From Amoeboradix gromovi X-113 (taxonomy: Eukaryota > Fungi > Sanchytriomycota), in contig JADGIF010000134.1 of NCBI GenBank assembly GCA_018985225.1, positions 1 through 18,060 of the forward strand: DNA of 18,060 bases, given 5' to 3'. The notes beneath the pieces are model-generated. The model had not been told where the DNA came from, did not search any database, and saw only the letters and a list, made by a program, of their open reading frames with translations. Both the position numbers and the translations under genes were made by a program. This document shows positions 1 through 7,705 of the stretch, one piece after another (the first letter of the stretch is position 1; each line of letters begins with the position of its first letter).

Positions 1-92
1 TAGAAGAAGATCTTTTATTAATGATAGCATTTCCTCCGTATGGTGCACCTCCTTTAAAAACGAGTTAGTCTAGTTTTTATATTTGGTGTCCC
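1..92 (+). mobile_element. Right end of a Fanzor1-like TIR element (truncated by window start)
   Basis: Aligns closely to 3761-3850. Ends in the right TIR AGTTAGTCTAGTTTTTATATTTGGTGTCCC (63-92), identical to 1774-1803. The frame from nt 2 reads RRRSFINDSISSVWCTSFKNELV*, with the stop (71-73) inside the TIR. Confidence 0.8.
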
Positions 93-273
93 ATATTAAT
101 TGATAGAAAAAATATGGGAGCAAGGAATTTAAACTTTAAACCCGTGCATCAATATTCGTCATCGCTTCAAGGTAGTTGAAGCTTGAAAATTCACTCAAAC
201 GGAATAACTGAGTTATCGGCTTCTCTCTGGATATTTTCGATCTTCTAGGAGACCAGGACTTTAATGAGGAGTC
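93..273 (+). pseudogene. Fanzor2/TnpB-like C-terminal relic plus conserved 3' tail
   Basis: Reads ILIDRKNMGARNLNFKPVHQYSSSLQGS*, colinear with LEIDRDHMAARNIYIKYMHPYLIPPQGS of the 6524 ORF (RuvC-III DRD..AARNI motif, Asp lost). Downstream DNA aligns to 6764-6871. Confidence 0.8.
165..273 (+). ncRNA. Candidate Fanzor2 omegaRNA scaffold / element right end, copy 1
   Basis: Homologous to 6764-6871, 3880-3973 and 17222-17305(-). Hairpins GATCTTC-TA-GGAGACC (239-254) and GACTTT-AATGA-GGAGTC (257-273). RNA function is inferred from its position at the TnpB/Fanzor 3' end. Confidence 0.5.
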
Positions 274-489
274 AACATTTATTACTACCGCAGTACCTAT
301 TTGCGTATATTTTGCAAAATCATGTTCATTATTCTTTTGCAGGATAAATTAATTACACAGCTCAGTAGCATTCTTATGTAATAAGTAGTATTAAATAAAA
401 ATTTTATTTCTAATCTTAGGAACTTATTGTTGGACATTCCTTGTCTCGTTTGATATTTGATTTACAACACGTTAATAAATTCAAATATA

Positions 490-543
490 CCATACTTGAA
501 ACAGTTGATTTAAATTTTGTTTAATTTTTACATTTGATGTCGC
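490..543 (-). mobile_element. Degenerate left end of the Fanzor1-like TIR family, reverse orientation
   Basis: 514-543 matches the reverse complement of the left TIR at about 24/30, including the left-TIR-specific GATGTC. The adjacent TTAAATCAA...TTCAAGTA on the minus strand resembles 3501-3526 inside the 3415 element. Confidence 0.5.
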
Positions 544-682
544 CTTGGTTTAAACGAAAGCGAAATGAAATCAGAAAAATTCGCAATCTCCAGAAGAAAA
601 GAATATTTTGTTAGCTCTCTTTCTGAATTCCTGTCATTCTTGTTACTGTAGTTTGTACAAAATAAATTCTCCTTTTGTAACT

Positions 683-1258
683 ATGCTCACAACCCTAGTC
701 AAGTATGCCGCTAAAAAGTCGAGCGGATCAACTCAGAACAATCGCAAGGCATTGCCTAAATATATAGGAGTGAAGAAATACAGTTTGGAATTGGTCAAAC
801 CCGGCGAAATAATAATTACCCAAAGAGGAAATAAATGGCATCCTGGTGACAATGTTTATCAAGGCAAAAACTTTTCTTTGCATGCAAAAGAAGAAGGATA
901 CGTACTATTCAAAAAAGACACACAACATCATTATGGTGTATTTCAGGACGACCAACCTTTTGAACCTAGAACGATATATCCGAATCACCTAATTGAAATC
1001 ACCGCTGAAGCAAAGATGTTTGACTGCAAGATCAGACACAGGTTTAAGCCTAGGAGTTTTGTGCACGTTATAACTCCATTTTCACATCCAGAGTGCTTTG
1101 ACATGTTGCCCAAAAATGGAAAAATAGATATGAAAGAATATAGACCTAAACCTGATGCGATTAAACTAATGGTCTCTGAAAATTTACAACTAAGTCCAGC
1201 GCTCAGTCCCTTCTTTGATTATAAGCCACTTAAATTTAAACTGCGTCCTGTTAAATAA
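683..1258 (+). CDS. MRP7: Mitochondrial ribosomal protein bL27m (MRP7/MRPL27-like)
   Basis: L27 signature YAAKKSSGSTQN...IGVKK...VKPGEIIITQRGNKWHPGDNV..GKNFSLHAKEEGYV.F, with a C-terminal extension. First ATG is at 683 (the ORF track starts at TTG). Confidence 0.9.
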   Translation: MLTTLVKYAAKKSSGSTQNNRKALPKYIGVKKYSLELVKPGEIIITQRGNKWHPGDNVYQGKNFSLHAKEEGYVLFKKDTQHHYGVFQDDQPFEPRTIYPNHLIEITAEAKMFDCKIRHRFKPRSFVHVITPFSHPECFDMLPKNGKIDMKEYRPKPDAIKLMVSENLQLSPALSPFFDYKPLKFKLRPVK

Positions 1259-1313
1259 GAGTAAATACATGTTTTGCAAATCTTGATTAAGTCACTATCC
1301 TTTTTAATATGTC

Positions 1314-2406
1314 CCATTTATGTTGAAAGATATGCCTCAAAGACGATCTCAATTACATAAGGGACATCAAATATAAAAACTGGACTAACTTTCTGTAACA
1401 ACTTGGAACATTATTTCCGCTTTATTAATCTTATGGATTTAAAAGGCGAGTGGACATTCAGCTAGTTGCGAAGTTGACGAGTATAAAAGAAAAATAAATA
1501 TTCTGTACAGCTATTCTCTTACTCTTTCATCCAATCTTTATTTCAAATAAAACATCACTATTACACTTCAAAGAAATTGACAAGAGTAATGATGTTAGTA
1601 TAACATTACAAAATGACTCTAGAAAAGAGTACCGTCTAAGAAAATGCACCTTTTGCTTAGATGCTCAAAGACCTCATATATTTGAACGAGATGCAGGGTC
1701 TACTACTATTATTTTGAAGAGGGGATTGAGAGTAATGAAAGAAAATTGGTATAATAGAAGATCTTTAAATACGAGTTAGTCTAGTTTTTATATTTGGTGT
1801 CCCATTTGCTGTATAAACCCTTATTTCTTAGCTTTTAAGAGTGCTGTTGAAAATTAACATGTTATATAAATTATACATACGCGGAAGTATAGCTAGTTTC
1901 TACAGAGTATTGCTCTTAAAAAACGCAAGTTGCCTGACAAAAAGAAAAAGAGATTGAGTTACTAGATGCCCAAAAGCACCCAAATCTATATTACACGAAT
2001 TATAGAATTTGGCATTAGCGCTTTAATTATTAAAAGTACCCAAAAACTACTCTGAAGTCGAATTTCATTTACAAAATAGTTGCAACGTTGAAATCCAGAA
2101 TACAAGATGAGAAAGTGAAGTATGGGGTAAAGCAATACACTGATGAAATGGAAGTTAAAAGCAAAACATATAAAGTCAATCCGGTATCCCAAACAAAAAC
2201 AAGCGTGCATCTTTGGGAGAAATACCCTGCTCTTGCTTATTTGTGATATATAGCATCCAGAGATTGAATCAGCTGTCATGGGGAAGATGATAAGTATAAC
2301 AGAATGCAGTGATCCCTTAGTGGTCCAAAATTACGCCTGTATACCCGGTGTACTAGTAGTGAATCAAGATGTGATTGAGTGTTGTAACAATATTCAACTC
2401 GTTTAA
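1314..2406 (+). pseudogene. Decayed Fanzor2/TnpB-like ORF interrupted by the 1361-1803 element
   Basis: Left of the insertion: PFMLKDMPQ. Right: AFKSAVEN and QSIALKK, then AYL*YIASRD*ISCH (decayed E..TS..CxxC, 2235-2279), KLRLYTRCT (decayed CxxC) and VVNQDVIECCNNIQLV* (RuvC-III-like, to 2406). Several stops and frameshifts. The C-terminal match is stronger than the N-terminal one. Confidence 0.55.
1361..1803 (+). mobile_element. 443-bp non-autonomous TIR element retaining a Fanzor1-like 3' end
   Basis: 30-bp TIRs at 1361-1390 and 1774-1803, 28/30 complementary. The internal frame from 1621 reads RKEYRLRKCTFCLDAQRPHIFERDAGSTTIILKRG, homologous to YRLRVCTNCSRADRACYTEKDVGSSKYILKRG in the 17591 ORF. 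No transposase. Confidence 0.85.
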
Positions 2407-2564
2407 GTCTAATGAGTAGCGTGTTATAACTAACTGGCAAATAATAACAATTGTTGGCAAGTTTTCAACTAAGCCATGAGTGAAAAAACACAGGACTTTT
2501 CTTGCTGAGTAGGCCTACATTTCGAAACTTTTGTTTTAAAGAGTCTTTCCGGTTTTTGTTGAGT

Positions 2565-3065
2565 ATGTCCCAAATAGCCAGTTTGTATCAAGTTAAAACT
2601 GCTACCCCATGCAATGAACCATCATTCACGAAATTCATAGAGGCGACCATGATTTCCAGTGCAAACTGTTCAAGTTATGTTGACTCATCTTGTAAACAAG
2701 GATTTACATACAAATATACTTGTGTGGAGAAATCCAAAGATATTAACCTAGGAAGCGCTAAATACACTAGAAAGTGTAAATTTGAGAATTCCACGGAGCC
2801 TTACTATATAAAACAGATCCGACTATCTTCTAGTTGCGAGCTGACTGAAGACTTTCAGTATTTAAAAAATCAGTGTACGAATTCTGGCATTAGTGAGTCA
2901 TACTTCTCTGATTCAGCATGTTCTCAACCTTTGAATAATTATAACACAGATTGGAACGATCCCAATTTTCCAAATTGTGAACTCAGTTGTGAATTAACCT
3001 CAGGTTCTGCAAATATCACAATCATGTTTGTCTTATGGGTTTTAATGTCTTTACATGTAATTTAG
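2565..3065 (+). CDS. Cys-rich protein with GPI-anchor-like C-terminus, unknown function
   Basis: Open frame rich in Cys/Ser/Thr, ending TSGSA followed by a hydrophobic tail. The start is uncertain: first ATG is at 2565, but a signal-like FRFLLS lies just upstream in frame. Confidence 0.6.
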   Translation: MSQIASLYQVKTATPCNEPSFTKFIEATMISSANCSSYVDSSCKQGFTYKYTCVEKSKDINLGSAKYTRKCKFENSTEPYYIKQIRLSSSCELTEDFQYLKNQCTNSGISESYFSDSACSQPLNNYNTDWNDPNFPNCELSCELTSGSANITIMFVLWVLMSLHVI

Positions 3066-3414
3066 TAAATAAATATATTGACAAACATAATTAATTTAAG
3101 ACAGGCAGTTAGTTTTGCAAAGGAACTCGCTCCATTGAAGAAGAGGCTGGAAAAATGTCAAGAGAACGTCCAAGATGTTATGAGCAAGTAGAGGGCTTGG
3201 TAACTGTGCAACCTGAAATATTGTGAATAATGAGACTATCTTAATATCGTTTTCTGATGCAAAGTGTACCCACTGTGAAGTAATCAGCCATACTTATTAC
3301 AAGAGACGGATTACATAAGCACCGTATTCCGCGATTATTGATCACGTGGGAGCGGTATTTCTAAGCCTACACCTAATTTCATATAGAAGCTTTATGGCAG
3401 CGTGGGATACACTT

Positions 3415-3850
3415 GGGACATCAAATATAGAAACTAGACTAACTTTCTGAAATAGTTTGAATCATTATATCAAGTGTGTATTAACCGATAGTATAGTAAA
3501 TTAAATCAATCAGATTGGTTCAAGTAAATTATTTTAGCATAAAACCTTTTCATCCATCAAAATCTTGGAAACAATGATTAATAAGAAGAAGAGAAAATAA
3601 AATTTATACGAAAGGTGGTAAAAAGAAAAAGAAATGGAACAGATAGTGGTGGTAAAGTAGTAGATAATGTACCTTTGCTTAGACATTCAAAGACCTTGTA
3701 TACTTGAAAGAGATAGTGTGTCATCTTGTTTTATTTTAAAGAGGGGAATGACACTAATGAAAGAAGAAGGACTTTTATTAATAATAGTGTTTCCTCAGTA
3801 TGGAGCACCTCCTTTAAAAACGACTTGTCTAGTTTTATATTTGGTGTCCC
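3415..3850 (+). mobile_element. 436-bp non-autonomous TIR element retaining a Fanzor1-like 3' end
   Basis: Left TIR GGGACATCAAATATAGAAACTAGACTAACT (3415-3444). Slightly deleted right TIR ends GGTGTCCC at 3850. Internal CT(F)CLDIQRPCILERDSVSSCFILKRG is homologous to the 1361 element, and the last 90 bp match 1-92. Confidence 0.85.
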
Positions 3851-3879
3851 GATTGAATATTTGCATAATTATAAATTCT

Positions 3880-3973
3880 CTCCTAAGGTAGTCAAATGCG
3901 AGCCAAGAATGCAGCGTAGCCTGGTGCACTTAGCTCCTCTGTGGAAATTCTCGATTTTACAGTAAATCAGGAC
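3880..3973 (+). ncRNA. Candidate Fanzor2 omegaRNA scaffold, copy 2
   Basis: 22-nt exact match CTCTGTGGAAATTCTCGATTTT (3937-3958 = 6820-6841), plus GGTAGT upstream and AAATCAGGA downstream. Stem GATTT...AAATC is kept with a different loop. Confidence 0.5.
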
Positions 3974-4024
3974 GTTTCCTGTATAATTATTTTACTATTT
4001 TTCAAGATCTCAACCCTTGAAACA

Positions 4025-5210
4025 ATGCCAAATTCCAGTAATAATGCTCCTGCATCTGCTGCTGCACCTATTTCCTTATTGGGAATTGCAAACCTTCCAA
4101 ATCAAATGTACCGTGCATCCGTTAAAAAAGGATCTTCCTTAACAATTATGGTTGTAGGCTGCAGTGGTGTTGGTAAAACTACTTTCATTAATACTTTATT
4201 TCAAACAGATTTAATTCCTTATGGCGACTACATGGATGACGCTTTTCGTAGATCCCAGCAGACTAAACACACTGTAGATATTGCCGTACATCGTGCCGAA
4301 ATTGAAGAAAAAGGTTTCCGAGTTCACGTCAATATTGTGGAAACTAATGGGTTTGGTGACTACTGTAATAACACTGAAGCTTGGACTCCTGTCGTCGAGT
4401 TTATTGATGGCCAACACGAATCATATTTAAGACAAGAAATGCAGCCTATGCGAGAAGATGTTTTGGATGGCCGTGTCCATGCCTGCTTGTACTTTATAAG
4501 GCCTACAGGTCATGGCTTATCGCCATTAGATATATCTACAATGAAAATGTTGGGCAGCAAAGTCAATTTGATCCCAGTTATACCTAAAGCAGATACATTT
4601 ACAAAGTCTGAACTAGCTGAATTTAAACAGCGCATTATGCGTCTAATTAGTGAAAACAACATCCAAACATTTACCATTGACCCTGAATCTGACGATGAGT
4701 CAAATACAATCCACAATACCAATATTGTCAGCAGGATGCCATTTTCAACGATTTGTGGCCTGCAAAAACACTCAGTCGGTGGAAAATCTGTTCTTGGTCG
4801 GAAGTTGAAATGGGGAGTTGCGGAAGTTGAAAATGATGCGCATTCTGACTTCACTGCATTACGCAGTCTACTAGTCCGCACACATATGCTTGCACTCATA
4901 GAATCCACAGTAAATGTGCACTATGAGAGATTCAGGTCGGAGCATATAGATGAAAAAGGCTCTATTTTAAGCGCTTTGTCACAAAAAGATTCTAAATATA
5001 AGGATCTGGAAGAGGGATTGCGCAAGAAGTTTACGGAACAGGTCAGAGCGGAGGAAATAAGATTTAAACAATGGGAACAAAAGGTAAATGTTGTTAATTT
5101 AGCTGATTGCTGAAAGGGATCGATTGAACAAAGATCTAGAGTTGGAACACTCTTATATAACACAATTAACGTTGGATATTAAAAATTTGGAAGACAGGGT
5201 AAAAAGATGA
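4025..5210 (+). CDS. CDC12: Septin, Cdc12-like; exons 4025-5083 and 5103-5210
   Basis: GIANLPNQ, P-loop GCSGVGKTTFINTLF, DGRVHACLYFIRPTGHGL, NLIPVIPKAD, GRKLKWG..EVEND.HSDF. Splicing yields the Cdc12-type coiled coil FKQWEQK|LIAERDRLNKDLE. Confidence 0.92.
5084..5102 (+). other. 19-nt GT-AG spliceosomal intron
   Basis: AAG|GTAAATGTTGTTAATTTAG|CTG. Removal joins WEQK to LIAERDRLNKDLE in frame, whereas unspliced reading stops at 5113. Confidence 0.85.
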
Positions 5211-5299
5211 TTAATAAATGTGAATTTTTATAATTTTTATGAAGCCAGACAGAATTTCGTACATAATGGATCATAGTTTGGAGTACAATATTTATTTTA

Positions 5300-5720
5300 A
5301 GTCAGGATATTCAAGGAGCCTACTCAAAATGAACGGAATCTTGAATTATCTGGAATAAAATGTGTTTCTATGACTTCACAATGTAGCATATCTACCTTGT
5401 GATAGTACCAATAGGCGTCTTCATGTTTTCAAACTATACCTCTTGTACCATTTTCGCAACTGCTTGTTAAAATATGGAATATAACTATAGCAAAGTAATC
5501 CAAATCAATTCAGCTCTTAAGATTGTCTGCAGTATATACTTTCAATCGGCAATACATATCCTCATAATCCAATTTCGCGCTTGATAGAGTGGGTGTACAA
5601 AATAACTGCTATCATATTTAGCGTAGACACCATGATTTAAAGCTTTAGTATATCCTTAATAATCATTCAAATTAATTTCCGATTCACGGTAATTCTTGCA
5701 GAGCTCATCATGAATAGTCA
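5300..5720 (-). pseudogene. Possible highly decayed Fanzor-like relic
   Basis: The minus strand gives HDELCKNYRESEINLNDY*GYTKAL..YFVHPLYQARNWIMRI, then TR*IC/LHCEVI (TS..CxxC-like, needs a 1-nt shift) and VGSLNIL (5303-5323). Motif order fits but identity is low. Confidence 0.35.
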
Positions 5721-6051
5721 AATGATGGGCACTTCTGACTTAAATACTTTGCGCGGTAAAAGAAAACAATGTGCATTACAATAAGTTGTAGAGACGATAG
5801 AAAAAAGCACAAGTGAAAGACTCAAGTTAAGTTAATTAAAAGACGATAAGTCATTCCTAGTTGAGCATTTAAAAGAATACGATTCATTATTTATTCTCCA
5901 GTTTTGACAAATCGTTAATTTATCTGATGATAGCTGTCTCATCAAGGAGAAAACTATGACACTACTCCTATCTACACAGTTCGCATCGTTAAAATTAAAA
6001 ACAAGCCAACCGCTTAAATGTTAGTCCGGTTAGGTAGTTGAATAGTTTGAA

Positions 6052-6408
6052 TCAGATATTTATACCTGCAATGGAGTCTCTGCGTCTTGCAGCCACACTC
6101 GTCGCGAGTGCTTAACTGATTTTCGGATATATAATACAGCCAAACCATACATTTTGCCAAAGTAAATTGTTCATCAACTTTTTTCAAGAATATCTATTTT
6201 TGAATCCATATCTGCTTATGTCTATTAACTGCCTCAAGCACTCATGTTTCTGGCAACTTTAGAACAAGCACTAAAAAATATGGATAACAGCTTGACTATT
6301 TTCTTGAATAAATCATTTATCGCGAATTTGTATACGTTTTTGTATTATTTCAAGACTTTTCCAATACCTTAAACACTCGATATTCTTCCTTTTCGCAAAT
6401 GGTAAATC
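6052..6408 (-). pseudogene. Decayed Fanzor2/TnpB-like ORF
   Basis: Colinear pieces across frameshifts: QKRIQ/INDLFKKIVKLL, SKVARNMSA (6237-6263), KVDEQFTLAKCM (RuvC-II E), TRDECGCKTQR/SIAGINI (Zn finger, RuvC-III). Confidence 0.65.
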
Positions 6409-6497
6409 AATTCTAAATAAATAACTAGCAGGTACAGCATACAAAGACATATGGTCTTATATACTTACCATCGTTTAATACTAGTTAAATGATAAGT

Positions 6498-6862
6498 AGC
6501 TTGTCGAGCAAGTCGCAAGAAATATGGCCACAGTGACCCATTACACATCCAAGGAACGCTTGAAATTAAAGTGCAAACAAAGAGGAAAGACGCTAGTTGA
6601 ATGTAATGAAGCATTTACTAGTCAAACATGTACAAAGTGTGGTACTCTAAAGAAAACCAATTTAGAAACCTACACTTGTGATAACTGTCATTTGGAGATA
6701 GATAGAGACCATATGGCAGCAAGGAACATATACATAAAGTATATGCATCCTTATTTAATCCCGCCTCAGGGTAGTGAAAGCGTGAGCGATCACTGTAACG
6801 GAGCATCTAGCATTAGTTTCTCTGTGGAAATTCTCGATTTTCTCGGAAATCAGGAATTTTAA
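6498..6862 (+). pseudogene. 5'-truncated Fanzor2/IS607-type TnpB (RuvC-II, Zn ribbon, RuvC-III intact)
   Basis: VARNMATVTHYTSKERLKLKCKQRGKTLVECNEAFTSQTCTKCG...YTCDNCHLEIDRDHMAARNIYIKY is a classic TnpB C-terminus. There is an in-frame stop at 6497-6499 and no recognisable RuvC-I half. Confidence 0.9.
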
Positions 6863-6871
6863 CGAGGAGTC
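6764..6871 (+). ncRNA. Candidate Fanzor2 omegaRNA scaffold / element right end, copy 3
   Basis: Aligns over ~108 nt with 165-273, and similarity stops abruptly after GAGGAGTC. Two terminal hairpins. Confidence 0.55.
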
Positions 6872-7169
6872 TTGTTAAAATGGCCCCAGTTATATCCCGT
6901 AACCACCCTGAGTTTGATAGAGCTAATTGAAACCAGTTTATAAAGGTAAAGAGAAACAGACTATCATACTTACGTAGCCATGACTCCTATTTCATTTAAG
7001 CTGTGTCTATAAAACACGGAAAAGATTGATATGATCACGAATGACTGACAAACACGAAAGATTATTATTCTTAATATTTGTTTCCATAATAAAAAGAGAA
7101 GAAGACTAAGAACGATATGAAGAGAACAATTTACTGGTAAGCAATAGAAAATATTCTGTTAGCATATAC

Positions 7170-7445
7170 CCAGCGATACCAAACAAAAGCTGATTCATAA
7201 ACTGGCCCAGTACTGCAATATCATCGTGGTTGCAAATTCCAGAACAATAAAGCGGACCTGTTTCTGTCTTTTAGTAATTAGGGAAATGTGTACTGTCTTA
7301 ATAGTCAGGCATGAACCAGTGTCTTTTATCGGAATAGCAACGTGGCAATCAGCCTGCATTATTATTTCACCAATTTTGCAGCCAAGTGTTTGAACTAGCT
7401 ACTCTATTCTTGTGTAACGTTCCCGAAGGAGTCTCCCGCCTTTAG
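7170..7445 (+). pseudogene. Decayed Fanzor1-like C-terminal relic
   Basis: PAIPNK/LIHKLAQYCNIIVVANSRTIKRTCFC, then VYCLNSQA*TSVFYRNSNVAISL and VPEGVSRL*. Order and spacing resemble Fanzor1 RuvC-II, Zn finger and RuvC-III; catalytic residues are degenerate. Confidence 0.5.
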
Positions 7446-7705
7446 TTAGACATATTCGCAAGGTCTGTCCCATGTATCCTCCTCCTTATCCAACTGCTAA
7501 CGGTATATTGATGCTCCCTGGTAGTTCTAATTTGTGATGCCATCCTGAAAAGTTCTGATTAACTTCCATGTGACCATTATCTTTGTGATCGATTGGGTTT
7601 CACTTCTCGCTTTTGTACTACTTTATTGGACACAATATATCACATGTACACTCCTTTGTACTCCTCTGTGTAGCATTTCCAAATTTAAAAGACCCCCCGC
7701 CCCTC

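Larger units (their letters stand above)
3226..3973 (+). pseudogene. Fanzor2/TnpB-like relic split by the 3415-3850 element
   Basis: KCTHC at 3262-3276. 3370-3414 reads HLISYRSFMAAWDTL (cf. HLEIDRDHMAARNIY). 3852-3872 resumes IEYLHNY (cf. IKYMHPY), followed by the conserved 3' tail. Confidence 0.7.

Noticed and set aside
93-112. Perfect in-window targets for the predicted Fanzor1 guides
   Set aside because: Homologous positions in the other Fanzor2 copies here are too diverged; no exact target was seen by eye, and a genome-wide search is needed.
90-118. Hairpin CCCATATT...AATATGGG
   Set aside because: It spans an insertion junction and is absent from other copies; likely chance.
1355-1360. 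CATA before the left TIR as a SpuFz1-like TAM
   Set aside because: It is offset by one base and not seen at 3415.
61-3850. Recurring 30-bp sequence as a CRISPR repeat
   Set aside because: It occurs as inverted pairs ~440 bp apart, not as a tandem array; the context is eukaryotic with no cas genes. These are TIRs.
3667-3965. ORFs 3667-3891 and 3726-3965 as genes
   Set aside because: They are chance read-through across the Fanzor1 tail, the TIR and the Fanzor2 relic.
3941-4024. N-terminal extension of the septin
   Set aside because: The GTG start lies in the Fanzor2 tail (the same VEILDF occurs at the end of the 6524 ORF); ATG 4025 is the plausible start.
5851-6024. Plus-strand TnpB-like fragment (LKEYDSLFILQF...)
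   Set aside because: Only a vague resemblance, with no catalytic or Cys motif.
6032-6078. Fifth copy of the Fanzor2 tail (AGGTAGTTGAA...GGAGTC)
   Set aside because: The matches are short, and the same bases are better explained as the RuvC-III end of the minus-strand relic.
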